Below the pieces are notes generated by a model. The model was not told the DNA's origin. It saw nothing but the letters and a program-made list of their open reading frames with translations, and made no database searches. The position numbers and the translations under genes are program-made. From an uncultured Actinomycetes bacterium (GTDB lineage: Bacteria > Actinomycetota > Thermoleophilia > RBG-16-64-13), in contig CAVQME010000011.1 in assembly GCA_963713545.1 (NCBI GenBank), positions 24,976-88,975 on the forward strand: a stretch of DNA of 64,000 nt, read 5' to 3'. Shown in pieces: positions 55,165 through 64,000 of this stretch. Every line of letters starts with the position of its first letter. The first letter of the stretch is position 1.

Positions 55165-56005
55165 CGGATCCACCCTTCCCGAGCAGGGACAGCAACTGTG
55201 CAAGGGTTCCCTTCAGGTGCCGCCGGTCGACCACCAGGTCCACTTGGCCATGGGCCAACTGCGACTCCGACGAGCCGAATCCAGGCGGAAGCTTCTCACG
55301 CGTGGTCTGCTCGATGACTCGAGCCCCGGCGAAGCTCATGACGGCGCCGGGTTCGGCGATGATCACGTCGGCGACCGTCGAGAAGCTGGCGAACACCCCG
55401 CCGGTGGTGGGATGGGTGAGGATGGTGATGTAGGGCAGCCTTGCCTCGGCCAGCATCTGCACGGCGACCACCGTCTTCGCCATCTGCATCAAGGAGAACA
55501 GCCCCTCCTGCATGCGGGCCCCGCCGGAGGCGGCCACTACGACCATCGGCATATCCCGTTCCACCGCCGCCGTCGCCAGCCGGCAAAAGCGTTCCCCCAC
55601 CACCGAGCCCATCGATCCCCCCATGAAGTGGAAGTCCAGCACTCCCAGAGCCGAGGGGTGGCCGCCTATCTCGCAGAGAACAGCCAGGAAGGCTTCGGTC
55701 ATCTTGGTCGCCGCCTGAGCATCGGCTACGCGCTCCGGGTAGGCCTTAAGGTCGAAGAACTCCAGAGGGTCACCGGGCCGCAACTCCTCCGCCACGATCT
55801 GCACGGTGCCTTCGTCGGCGAGCTGAGCCACGCGGGCGGAGGCGCGAAGGGGATAGTGATGGCCGCAATGCGGGCACACGTTCATGGAACGGTCCAACTC
55901 GCCCTCGGCCAGGAGAGTCGAGCACCTCTTGCAGCGCTCTCCGTCCTCAGGTGGTGGGGCAGGAGGCTCCGTCCGGGTGACCTGTACGGTTACGTACTTA
56001 GCCAT
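55157..56005 (-). CDS. accD: acetyl-CoA carboxylase carboxyltransferase beta subunit (Zn-ribbon)
   Basis: An N-terminal CKRCS...CPHCGHH zinc finger is present, with a carboxyltransferase domain. Confidence 0.9.
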   Translation of the reverse strand: MAKYVTVQVTRTEPPAPPPEDGERCKRCSTLLAEGELDRSMNVCPHCGHHYPLRASARVAQLADEGTVQIVAEELRPGDPLEFFDLKAYPERVADAQAATKMTEAFLAVLCEIGGHPSALGVLDFHFMGGSMGSVVGERFCRLATAAVERDMPMVVVAASGGARMQEGLFSLMQMAKTVVAVQMLAEARLPYITILTHPTTGGVFASFSTVADVIIAEPGAVMSFAGARVIEQTTREKLPPGFGSSESQLAHGQVDLVVDRRHLKGTLAQLLSLLGKGGSGG

Positions 56006-57260
56006 GCCACCGACGGAACACTATGGCGGCGTTGTGCCCGCCAAAGCCGAAGCTGTTCGACATGGCCACCCCCACATCCGCGTCCCGGGCCACGTTGGGG
56101 ACGTAATCGAGATCACAGGAAGGATCAGGGTACTCCAGATTGATCGTGGGGGGAATCCTCCCAGCCTCCATCGACAGTACCGTGGCTGCGGCTTCCAACC
56201 CACCCGCGGCCCCCAGGCAGTGCCCGAAGACACTCTTGTTCGAGCTGACCATCACTCGATCAGCCTGCTCGCCCAGGGCCAGTCTGACGGCCCTGGTCTC
56301 CATGATGTCGCCGAGTGGGGTCGAGGTCCCATGTGCGTTCACGTAGTCGACCTCGGAAGGATCGACATCTCCGTCGCGCAGAGCCCGGATCATTGCCAGC
56401 GCGGCCGGCTCCCCGGTCTCGTCCGGCTCGGTGAGGTGGAAGGCGTCGCCGGTCATACCGTATCCCACCATCTCGGCATAGATGTGCGCCTCCCGCTTGA
56501 GAGCGTGCCCCAGCTCTTCGAGCACGAGGACCCCACCCCCTTCGCCCATGACGAACCCGTCGCGCTGAGAGTCGAACGGCCGACTGGCCTTCTCCGGCTC
56601 CTCGTTGCGGCTGGAGAGGGCGCGAAGAGCGGCGAAAGCCGACATGCCCACTTCGTTGACCGCCGCTTCGGCCCCGCCGGCCACCATGGCCGTGGCATCG
56701 CCGCGGCGGATGATGGAGAAGGCGTCCCCCAGCGCGTTGGTCCCAGCCGCGCAGGCCGTACAGGTCGCGTTGACCGGCCCCTTCAGCCCCAGAAGCATGG
56801 AGCTGTTGGCGGCCGCCATGTTGGGGATCATCATGGGAATGAAGAAGGGGTTGACCCGGGTGGGGCCCTTTTCCAGAAGGACGCCGGTCTGCTCCAGGAA
56901 GGTGTCCAGTCCGCCGACGCCCGAGCCGATGAGCGTTCCGACGGCGTACGGATCCTCGGCCACAGGGTAGCCTGAGTCCTCGAGAGCCATCGCCGCCGCG
57001 GCCGCCCCGTACTGGGCATACCGGTCCATGCGCCTGGCCATCTTCTTCTCCATGAATCGCAGGGGATCGAAGTCCCGCACCTCCCCGGCGATCTTCACTG
57101 GGAACTCCGTGGTGTCGAAGCGCTCGATAAGCCGTACGCCCGATCGTCCACCGATAAGGGCTTCGAAGAAAGGGGCCTTGCCGATGCCGATGGGAGAGAC
57201 CACGCCCACGCCGGTCACCACCACCCGCCTGTACTCGATCGTCCTCGTCGTGCTGGACAT
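55998..57260 (-). CDS. fabF: beta-ketoacyl-ACP synthase II
   Basis: RRVVVTGVGVVSPIG near the N-terminus. The Cys-His-His active-site arrangement is present (TACAAGT...HGTSTPLGD...GHCLGAAG). Confidence 0.9.
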   Translation of the reverse strand: MSSTTRTIEYRRVVVTGVGVVSPIGIGKAPFFEALIGGRSGVRLIERFDTTEFPVKIAGEVRDFDPLRFMEKKMARRMDRYAQYGAAAAAMALEDSGYPVAEDPYAVGTLIGSGVGGLDTFLEQTGVLLEKGPTRVNPFFIPMMIPNMAAANSSMLLGLKGPVNATCTACAAGTNALGDAFSIIRRGDATAMVAGGAEAAVNEVGMSAFAALRALSSRNEEPEKASRPFDSQRDGFVMGEGGGVLVLEELGHALKREAHIYAEMVGYGMTGDAFHLTEPDETGEPAALAMIRALRDGDVDPSEVDYVNAHGTSTPLGDIMETRAVRLALGEQADRVMVSSNKSVFGHCLGAAGGLEAAATVLSMEAGRIPPTINLEYPDPSCDLDYVPNVARDADVGVAMSNSFGFGGHNAAIVFRRWHG

Positions 57261-57282
57261 GTAAGCCACCTCCTCCGGCCCG

Positions 57283-58053
57283 CTAGATACCCAGTCCACC
57301 ATCGACCGGAAGCACGGCCCCGGTGATGAAGGAGGCCGAATCGCCCACCAGGAAGGCTACGGCCGAAGCCACCGCTTCCGGAGTACCGATCCGACCCAGC
57401 GGGATCTGATTGATGATAGCGTTCCGTGCCGTCTCCCCCAGAGCGGCGGTCATGTCGGTCTCGATATAACCTGGGGCGACCGCGTTGACACGCACGTTGC
57501 GCGAAGCGACTTCTCGGGCCAGAGACTTTGTGAGGCCGAGCAGGCCCGCCTTGGCCGCCGAGTAGTTGACCTGCCCGGCGTTGCCGCGCCTGCCCACCAC
57601 GCTGGATATGCTCACGATAGAGCCGCGCCGCCGCTTGATCATGCCGCGGAGCACGGCCTTGCTCATAAGAAAGGCTCCCTTGAGGTTCACGGCCAGCACG
57701 GCGTCCCAATCGGCTTCGCTCATGACGAGCGCCAGGCCGTCCCGTGTGATCCCCGCGTTGTTGACGAGGATGTCCACCGGGCCCAGGGCCGACTCCACAG
57801 CGGAGACGGCCGCGCGGGCTTCGTCTTCCTTGGAGATGTCGGCCTGCACGAAGGTAGTCGCCCGGCCGGTCGTTCGCTCGATCTCGCGGGCCGCGTCGGC
57901 GCCTACCTCGGCCAGGTCGACGATGGCCACTTTGGCGCCGTTCTCGGCCAGCCTCAGAGCGATGGCCAGCCCTATGCCGCGGGCCCCCCCGGTCACAAGG
58001 GCCACCTGATCCCGCAGGGATGCATCTCCCGGGGTGGTCGCTCTCTCTTCCAT
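57283..58053 (-). CDS. fabG: 3-oxoacyl-ACP reductase (SDR)
   Basis: ALVTGGARGIG, NNAG, and YSAAK are present. Confidence 0.85.
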   Translation of the reverse strand: MEERATTPGDASLRDQVALVTGGARGIGLAIALRLAENGAKVAIVDLAEVGADAAREIERTTGRATTFVQADISKEDEARAAVSAVESALGPVDILVNNAGITRDGLALVMSEADWDAVLAVNLKGAFLMSKAVLRGMIKRRRGSIVSISSVVGRRGNAGQVNYSAAKAGLLGLTKSLAREVASRNVRVNAVAPGYIETDMTAALGETARNAIINQIPLGRIGTPEAVASAVAFLVGDSASFITGAVLPVDGGLGI

Positions 58054-58101
58054 CTCAGCCTTCCGTTCCCTTGGTCGTATTAGATAGCCGTCTCGATAGC
58101 G

Positions 58102-59088
58102 CTAGGAGAGACCCTCAAGCACCTCGTGCAGGTTGTCCGCGTCTCCGGTGGGCGCCATCGGGAAATCGCGGGCTATTCTCTTCATCAGCCCGGTGAGGAC
58201 ACTGCCGGGCCCCACTTCCAGACCGAGATCGGGAGGGGCTTCACCCTCAAGGAGGGCCGTGATGCTCTGGCTGAACCTGACCGGCGACATGAGCTGCCGG
58301 GATAGCACCTCGGCCAGCTCCGCCGCTTCCGGGTAACGCACCTCGGTGGTGGAGAAGAACCGGCCCCCCGTCCCCTCGCCGACGGCGGCGGCCGGCCCAG
58401 AGATCGGCCCCAGGGCCGCGCCGGCGTTTCTTCCCGCCGTGAACGTCACGCCGTCCAGGGCCTTCGCGAGAGATTCTGCCGCGCCGGCCATGAACGGGGT
58501 GTGAAAGGCCCCCGAGACCGGCAGGGCGACCACAAGCTTCGCGCCGCGGGATTTGGCCAGCTCCCCCGCCTCTTTGACCGACTCTGCCGAGCCTGAGATG
58601 ACCACCTGGCCGGGCGAGTTGTAGTTGGCGGGCCAGACTTCCGGCAGCGACGCGCACAGCTCCTCCACCAGTTCCGTCTCGAGACCGACGACGGCGGCCA
58701 TCGCCCCGGGCCGTTCCTCGCTGCAGGCCTGCATGCCCAGTCCGCGCACCTCCACCACCCGCAGAGCGTCCGCGAAAATCATCTGACCCGTCGCGACCAG
58801 AGCCGAGTACTCGCCCAGCGAGTGTCCCGCGGCCACGGAGAAGGTGGCGCCTCGTTCCTCCAGCAGCCTCCACACCGCCACGCTGCAGGTAAGCAGGGTC
58901 AGCTGGGTGCGGTCGGTGCGCGTAAGCTCCTCCATGGAACCATGCCGGCACAGCTGCCCGATATCCCAGCCCAGCACCTCGCCCGCCTCCGCGAACGTCG
59001 CCCGGGCTACGGGGTACTCCCAAAGGTACTCGGCCATACCGGCGTATTGACTTCCCTGGCCGGGGAACAGGATCAGCTGACCCCCCAT
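58102..59088 (-). CDS. fabD: ACP S-malonyltransferase
   Basis: LFPGQGSQYAGM; the active-site motif is GHSLGEYSAL. Confidence 0.9.
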   Translation of the reverse strand: MGGQLILFPGQGSQYAGMAEYLWEYPVARATFAEAGEVLGWDIGQLCRHGSMEELTRTDRTQLTLLTCSVAVWRLLEERGATFSVAAGHSLGEYSALVATGQMIFADALRVVEVRGLGMQACSEERPGAMAAVVGLETELVEELCASLPEVWPANYNSPGQVVISGSAESVKEAGELAKSRGAKLVVALPVSGAFHTPFMAGAAESLAKALDGVTFTAGRNAGAALGPISGPAAAVGEGTGGRFFSTTEVRYPEAAELAEVLSRQLMSPVRFSQSITALLEGEAPPDLGLEVGPGSVLTGLMKRIARDFPMAPTGDADNLHEVLEGLS

Positions 59089-59089
59089 T

Positions 59090-60157
59090 TCATCTCCTCT
59101 CGGTCCATTCGAGCAGGCAGGCCCCCCAAGTCAGTCCGGCACCAAAACCCATGAGCAGAACCAGATCGCCATCGTGTAGCCGCCCCTCCTCCCGCGCTTC
59201 GTACAGGCACAGCGGAATGGAAGCACAGGAAGTGTTCCCATATCGCTGCAAGTTCGTGCAGACCTTGTCCTCGGAGATTCCCATTTTCTTGGCCGCCGCC
59301 TGGATGATACGCAGATTGGCCTGGTGGGGGACGAAGAGATCGAGCTCCTCCACCGTCATGCCGCAGCGCCCTAGAACGCGGCCGGCCGAGTCTGCCACCA
59401 CGCGCGTGGCGAACTTGTACACTTCCCTACCGTTCATCTTCATGAAGTGCTGATGCTCGTCAACGGTGGCGTGCGAGGCGGGCAGGCACGAGCCGCCGGC
59501 CGGGATCGAAAGCATGTCCGCCCCCGACCCGTCGTTCCCGAGGTCGAAGCCGAGGATGCCCCGGGCGGGCGCTGCACCCATCCGATCGGCCGTGGACGCG
59601 ACCCGGTCTCCCGCGGGCAGCGGCGAGACGACGGCGGCACCCGCCCCGTCTCCGAACAGCACCGCGGTAGCCCGGTCGTCCCAATCCAACAGCCGGGAGA
59701 TGACCTCAGCGCCCACCACCAGGACGTTCTCGCACAGACCCCCGGCTACCACTCCCGCCGCCATGGCCAGCGCGTAAACGAAACCGGTGCAGCCGGCAGA
59801 GACGTCGAAGGCCCCGGCTTTGACACATCCGGTCTTGGAGGCGACGCGCGCAGCCGTCGCGGGCATGAGCTGGTCGGGAGAGATGGTGGCAGTGATCACC
59901 AGGTCGACACGCTCCGGAGAGAGCCGGGCGTCGAGGAGTGCCCGCTGGGCGGCAAGTACGCCCAGGTCGGATGAACAGAGCCCGGGTTCGGCCACCCTCC
60001 GCGCCGCGATGCCGGTGCGCTGCCGGATCCACTCGTCCGAAGTGGCGAGCGTATCGGCGAGGTCGTCATTGGTGACCACGTTCGAAGGAAGGTGGACACC
60101 CAATCCCGATATGGTCACAGGTCTCCCGGTCAGGGAAGTCGCTCCACCGCCGAGCAT
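59090..60157 (-). CDS. fabH: beta-ketoacyl-ACP synthase III
   Basis: A Cys-His-Asn triad is present (AGCTGFVYAL ... HQAN ... GFGAGLTWGA). The N-terminus may be a few codons shorter than the ORF-track start. Confidence 0.9.
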   Translation of the reverse strand: MLGGGATSLTGRPVTISGLGVHLPSNVVTNDDLADTLATSDEWIRQRTGIAARRVAEPGLCSSDLGVLAAQRALLDARLSPERVDLVITATISPDQLMPATAARVASKTGCVKAGAFDVSAGCTGFVYALAMAAGVVAGGLCENVLVVGAEVISRLLDWDDRATAVLFGDGAGAAVVSPLPAGDRVASTADRMGAAPARGILGFDLGNDGSGADMLSIPAGGSCLPASHATVDEHQHFMKMNGREVYKFATRVVADSAGRVLGRCGMTVEELDLFVPHQANLRIIQAAAKKMGISEDKVCTNLQRYGNTSCASIPLCLYEAREEGRLHDGDLVLLMGFGAGLTWGACLLEWTERR

Positions 60158-60160
60158 GAG

Positions 60161-60589
60161 CTAGCGCTCTACGACCGCGAAGGTGAGGGTGCCGCTACAC
60201 GAGAGGTCGGCTCCCACGAAGGCCTTGGCCTCGCCCTTTCCTATTCGTCCCCGGCGCTCGGCCAGGTGGGTCTCCAGCCGCAAGGTATCACCCGGCACGA
60301 CCTGCCGGCGGAAGCGCACCTTGTCAACGCCCGCGAACAGGACGATCTTCCCTTGGGCGCCGGGCTCCGATAGAAGGGCGACGGCTCCGGTCTGAGCTAG
60401 AGCTTCGAGCTGCAGCACGCCGGGAAAGACCGGGTATCCGGGAAAATGGCCTCTGAAGACATCATCGGAAGCAAGGACGTCTTTCTCCGCTATCGCGTAC
60501 TCTCCAGGGACCAGTTCCACCACTCGGTCTAGGAGCAAGAAAGGCTCCCGATGCGGGAGTATCGCCTCGATCTGTGTCCTGTCCAGCAA
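60161..60589 (-). CDS. fabZ: 3-hydroxyacyl-ACP dehydratase FabZ
   Basis: Motifs: LPHREPFLLLDRV, FRGHFPGYPVFPGVLQLEALAQ. A TTG start 4 nt after a GGTGA ribosome-binding site is inferred, which is a weak point. The 213-codon N-terminal extension in the ORF track overlaps the divergent plus-strand gene and is rejected. Confidence 0.75.
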   Translation of the reverse strand: MLDRTQIEAILPHREPFLLLDRVVELVPGEYAIAEKDVLASDDVFRGHFPGYPVFPGVLQLEALAQTGAVALLSEPGAQGKIVLFAGVDKVRFRRQVVPGDTLRLETHLAERRGRIGKGEAKAFVGADLSCSGTLTFAVVER

Positions 60590-60706
60590 TGCATCACCGT
60601 CCGTCGATAACGCGCCGGAGCCCCGGCTGCGAGGTGCTAGTATTGTCCAGGATGAGTCTGGCCTTTTCAAGGAAGCCCCCCGCCCCCGGGAAGTAGCCGG
60701 CACCCC

Positions 60707-62746
60707 GTGCAGTTGCAGCTTTCGCTCACGGTCGCCGATAGACTCCATGAGACCTTGCTGGTCCGTGGAGAGCCGCTTGACGCTATGGAAGCGGTCCGGC
60801 TGCTGGTCGCCTGTCCCAATGCCCCAGTCGCGCTCTGTGACGAGATCCTGGGCGCCCTCGTAGCCCACGACCAGCGCTTCTGCTGGAAAGACGACGCTCT
60901 CGGTGCGGCGCAAAACGACGCCCGCCAGGTTTCGCTGCGTCACTGGGAAGTTCCGGATCCCGATCTGGCCGATGTCCCCTTCGTCGCCCTCGACCTCGAG
61001 ACCACCGGGTCCCGGCCAGGACTCAGCAAGATCACCGAGATCGGAGCGGTGCGGATAGAGGGGTTCCGGGAGGTGAGGCACTTCGGCACGCTCGTCAACC
61101 CCCTCCGGCCCATCCCGCCCATAATCACGCAGATCACGGGGATCACCCAAGAGATGGTAGCGGGAGCGCCGCGCATCGAAGAGGTCATCCCGGAGCTCCT
61201 GGAGTTCCTCGAGGGCGCCGTCGTGGTCGCGCACAACGCGCCCTTCGACGTCGGCTTCCTCAACTACGAGCTCCGCCGCCTCAAGGGCAGGAGGCTCGGG
61301 GACGGAGCCATCGACACACTGCCCCTCGCTCGAGCGCTCGCCCCCGGTCTGCCGAACTACCGCCTACACACGGTGGCCGAGGCCCTCGGTGCGCCGGTCG
61401 TGGCCTGCCATCGGGCGCTGGCCGATGCGCAGGCCGCGGGACATGTCTTCGTCACCCTTGTCGGCCGCCTGCAGGAGAGGGGCATCACCCATCTGGGCGA
61501 AGCCAGAACGTTCATAAGCCCGGCGTCCCATACCGCGGTGGAAAAGCTGAGGTTGACCCGGGACGTTCCCCGCAGTCCTGGTACCTACCGCTTCGTCGAC
61601 AAGAATGGCACCATCCTCTACGTGGGCAAGGCGGATCGTCTGCGCGAGAGGGTGCGCTCCTACTTCGTGGCCCACGGCGATCATTCCCGCAAGGTGCGAC
61701 AGGCCATACGCCTGGTCGACCATATCGACTGGGACGAGGCCGGCACCCCGCTCGAGGCCGTCGTGCGAGAACAGGAGCTCATCCTCGCGCACCGGCCCCC
61801 GTGCAACCTCCACGGAGGCCGGCCCGAGAACTACGCCTATCTGAAAGTCGGGGGTTCCGGTCCCGGACTCAACCTGTACATCAGCGGCCGGCCACCCGCG
61901 TGGCTCACCGATGCGGAGAGCCCTGGGGGCAAACTTCCCGGCGGCGGGGGTAGGCCTCCGTGCCGTCCCTTCGTCATCGGTCCGTTCCGGGGCCGCACGC
62001 GGCTCAACGCGGCGGTGGATCTGCTCCAGAGATGCTACCCGGTGCGCCGCTGCCCCAGGCGCCCCGATGGACGTCCCTGCGTACGGGGGGAGGGGAACCA
62101 CTGCCTAGCTCCGTGTGCGGGTGACCCAGACACGCGCAGACGGCACGATGCTCTCGTCATGGACATCGTCGGTTGGCTGACAGGGCAGGCTGGGGCGACT
62201 CTGCCCGATCCACTCGAGCGCGCCCACGAGGTCATTCAGTCTCTCTCCCGGCAGAAACGGTATGAGCAGGCACAAAGCCTCCAGGAAGCATGCGACCATC
62301 TGATGAGCGTGTGCCGCTCGTACCGGTCCCTGGTCGAAGCTCGCGGCTTGTGCTTTGCCGCCCTGTGGCCGGAGTCGGCGAATGGCGACGGCCCCGGGGT
62401 GCGGATGAACCTGGTGCACGACGGCCGGCTGCGCGAGGTCGTATCGCTTCGATCGGGCACTATCGAACAAGGGATCGGGGCGGCGCTCGCCCGCCTTTCG
62501 GCCCAAACGGCGAAAGCCCCGGGGGGGAGCGCCGCCCCGCTCTTCGTGGCGGTACCGCAGAGAGAGCTCGACACGCTACTGGCGGTCCGGCGCTGGTTCC
62601 ACGAGGGTACTACAGGTGTGAAGATACCTTTGCCCGCAGCGCTGGGCCACGGGGACACCGGACCGCTGGTCACCCGCCTCGTGACCGAGGCATCCAAGAT
62701 CCTTTCATCAGAGCCGGCGGCCCGGGAGGTCCAGCCGGTCGTCTAA
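60707..62746 (+). CDS. DnaQ-like DEDD 3'-5' exonuclease fused to UvrC-type GIY-YIG nuclease domain (Rv2191-like)
   Basis: Exo I is FVALDLETTG, Exo II is VVAHNAPFDVGFL, Exo III is H...ALADAQA, and the GIY-YIG motif is GTYRFVDKNGTILYVGKADRLRERVRSYF. The true start may instead be the internal MEAVRLL (about 60785). Confidence 0.8.
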   Translation: MQLQLSLTVADRLHETLLVRGEPLDAMEAVRLLVACPNAPVALCDEILGALVAHDQRFCWKDDALGAAQNDARQVSLRHWEVPDPDLADVPFVALDLETTGSRPGLSKITEIGAVRIEGFREVRHFGTLVNPLRPIPPIITQITGITQEMVAGAPRIEEVIPELLEFLEGAVVVAHNAPFDVGFLNYELRRLKGRRLGDGAIDTLPLARALAPGLPNYRLHTVAEALGAPVVACHRALADAQAAGHVFVTLVGRLQERGITHLGEARTFISPASHTAVEKLRLTRDVPRSPGTYRFVDKNGTILYVGKADRLRERVRSYFVAHGDHSRKVRQAIRLVDHIDWDEAGTPLEAVVREQELILAHRPPCNLHGGRPENYAYLKVGGSGPGLNLYISGRPPAWLTDAESPGGKLPGGGGRPPCRPFVIGPFRGRTRLNAAVDLLQRCYPVRRCPRRPDGRPCVRGEGNHCLAPCAGDPDTRRRHDALVMDIVGWLTGQAGATLPDPLERAHEVIQSLSRQKRYEQAQSLQEACDHLMSVCRSYRSLVEARGLCFAALWPESANGDGPGVRMNLVHDGRLREVVSLRSGTIEQGIGAALARLSAQTAKAPGGSAAPLFVAVPQRELDTLLAVRRWFHEGTTGVKIPLPAALGHGDTGPLVTRLVTEASKILSSEPAAREVQPVV

Positions 62747-62778
62747 GCGCGTTTGGTCCCAGACTCCGATCCCGGGCT

Positions 62779-62964
62779 TCAGACCGCCGCGATCTCGATC
62801 TTGGGAAGCTGGATGTTCTTGGCCTTCATCACCGCCGCAAGAAGACTGCGATCGATCTTCCCCTTGTATATGGGGATGCCTTCTTTGACGCACAGCTGGA
62901 TCACGTCGCGAGTCCCTGTGCCCAGCTCCGCCGCCAGTTCTTCGGGGGTGAAGTGATTGGCCAT
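62779..62964 (-). CDS. small putative HTH DNA-binding protein (61 aa)
   Basis: The ATG lies 7 nt after an AAGGAG ribosome-binding site. The PEELAAELGTGTRDVIQLCVKEGIPIYKGKID region looks like an HTH. A T/A-rich promoter region lies upstream. Confidence 0.4.
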   Translation of the reverse strand: MANHFTPEELAAELGTGTRDVIQLCVKEGIPIYKGKIDRSLLAAVMKAKNIQLPKIEIAAV

Positions 62965-63194
62965 GAGATCTCCTTTCCGGATTACCGACTACCCAGAACC
63001 AACGGAAACAAAAAAACCCAGCAACAAAAGCTGCCAGGCCTCTTAAGGGACATGGACCACAGGCGCGGGCACCTTGATGCGGCTACCCCCGGGCCTCTGT
63101 CTCACTACCTTCCTCATCGCGTCTATTGTATCCCCGCCCGCCCCTAGGAGCAAACGCGATCCTTCGCCCAGACGAGCCGAGTATCACTTCTGCC

Positions 63195-64000
63195 TCAAGG
63201 TTCCTGCAGATCCTCGCGCAGCAGGAGAAACTCCACTTCTTCCCCCGCCCGCACTCCTTTCGGGCCTCCAGGGACGAAGGCCAGGCCGTTGGCTCCCACC
63301 ATCGAGCGCAGGATGCCCGATCCCTGAGCACCGGTGGAGCTGACGTGCCAGACACTCCCCTCGCGCCAGGCCCGTACCCGTACCACATACGTGCGTCCGT
63401 CTGTGTTGGCGACATCCTCGGCGATGATGGCGCGATAAGAGGGCCGGGTGGTCTTGCGATAGCCCAGGAGACGTAGGAGAGCCGGCCGCACGAACAGCTC
63501 GAACGACACCATGGCCGAAACCGGGTTGCCGGGAAGGCCGAAGACCAACGTGCTACCCCGTACGCCAAACGCCAAGGGCTTGCCCGGTTTCATGGCCACG
63601 CCCCATAAGCGGCGCTCCACCCCGAGCTCATCCTGGACTTCCTTGACAAAGTCGAACTGCCCTACCGACACCCCCCCGGATGTGAGGAGCACGTCGTACT
63701 CCAGACCTTGCTCGACGAGCCTACGGGTTGCTTCGTAATCATCGGGGACGATGCCCAGCGCTTCCGCGTGGATCCCGAGTTGCTGACATTGGGCCCGCAA
63801 CGAGTAACTGTTGGAGTTGCGTATCTTCCCGGGGCTGAGAGGCTGGTCGACCTCGACCAATTCGCTCCCCGTGGAGATGACCGCCACTCGCGGCTTCCGA
63901 TGCACCTGGACGAACGGCGCACCCAGGCTGGCCAGTACCCCTATCTCCGCGGGGCCGAGGACACTCCCGGCAGCCAGCACCCTGTCGCCTCGAGCTACGT
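63195..64000 (-). CDS. moeA: molybdopterin molybdenumtransferase MoeA (gephyrin-like); N-terminal part outside the window
   Basis: The C-terminal MoeA domains are present: GKIRNSNSYSL, LLTSGGVSVGQFDFVKEV, LPGNPVSAMVSFELF. The gene is open to the window end. Confidence 0.8.
   Translation of the reverse strand, partial: VARGDRVLAAGSVLGPAEIGVLASLGAPFVQVHRKPRVAVISTGSELVEVDQPLSPGKIRNSNSYSLRAQCQQLGIHAEALGIVPDDYEATRRLVEQGLEYDVLLTSGGVSVGQFDFVKEVQDELGVERRLWGVAMKPGKPLAFGVRGSTLVFGLPGNPVSAMVSFELFVRPALLRLLGYRKTTRPSYRAIIAEDVANTDGRTYVVRVRAWREGSVWHVSSTGAQGSGILRSMVGANGLAFVPGGPKGVRAGEEVEFLLLREDLQEP

Noticed and set aside
60590-61234. A 215-codon N-terminal extension of the fabZ ORF.
   Set aside because: The FabZ hot-dog domain begins at LDRTQIEAILPHREPF. 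The extension overlaps the divergent Rv2191-like gene and its promoter and has no similarity to FabZ N-termini.
1-64000. A search for CRISPR arrays, tRNA/rRNA genes, integrases, transposases or prophage signatures.
   Set aside because: No direct-repeat arrays, no tRNA-like conserved T-loop/acceptor features in any intergenic region larger than 80 bp, and no recombinase motifs were seen. The window looks like core chromosome.

Overview
Read by eye on both strands, this 64-kb window is high-GC bacterial chromosomal DNA (about two-thirds G+C), densely coding, with roughly 60 CDSs. No rRNA, tRNA, CRISPR array, integrase or transposase was recognised, so the window looks like core chromosome, not a mobile island. 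Neighbourhood signatures point to a high-GC Gram-positive-like lineage that keeps separate AccA/AccD and a type-II FAS operon. These signatures are an LprG-like lipoprotein next to an MFS pump, an Rv2191-like DnaQ–GIY-YIG fusion protein, and an SLH-domain protein.

Gene content, 5' to 3':
- A partial HerA/DUF853-like ATPase, then mscL with an unusual C-terminal zinc ribbon, rlmKL and polX.
- A minus-strand operon: tungsten-type aldehyde:ferredoxin oxidoreductase (AOR), polyferredoxin, MoaD, UbiX, a PNPOx-like flavoprotein and a PQQ-propeller protein.
- An S-layer-anchored propeller/SGNH hydrolase, nth, paaK and a CorC/CNNM transporter.
- A giant, frameshifted dikinase-like protein (PPDK-type ATP-grasp plus phosphohistidine domain behind an unknown ~900-aa N-terminal region), followed by a divergent GAPDH-like gene.
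- A roughly 9.5-kb minus-strand operon under a TetR gene with an AT-rich composite palindromic operator. It encodes two tandem near-identical copies of a three-subunit 2-oxoacid:ferredoxin oxidoreductase (alpha-beta-gamma), then two BcrA/BcrD/HgdC-type ATP-dependent electron-activating ATPases, a small ferredoxin and a NuoG-N-terminal-like 2Fe-2S/4Fe-4S protein.
- Downstream: acetolactate-synthase-like and citrate synthase genes, a polar amino-acid ABC transporter, DedA, LprG-like/MFS, a YhaM-like HD exonuclease, rarA, an HNH endonuclease, the accA-accD-fabF-fabG-fabD-fabH-fabZ block, an Rv2191-like exonuclease, and the 3' part of moeA.

The OFOR/activase/ferredoxin operon is the strongest candidate for an undescribed system, because the activase pair normally accompanies dehydratase or benzoyl-CoA reductase catalytic subunits, which are absent here. 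Other items worth a second look are an 18-bp perfect inverted repeat flanking a 121-nt GC-rich core between convergent genes, several AT-rich palindromes in promoter regions, and a frameshift in a C4 homopolymer inside the dikinase-like gene.

All calls rest on motifs and architecture read directly from the sequence; no database search was run.
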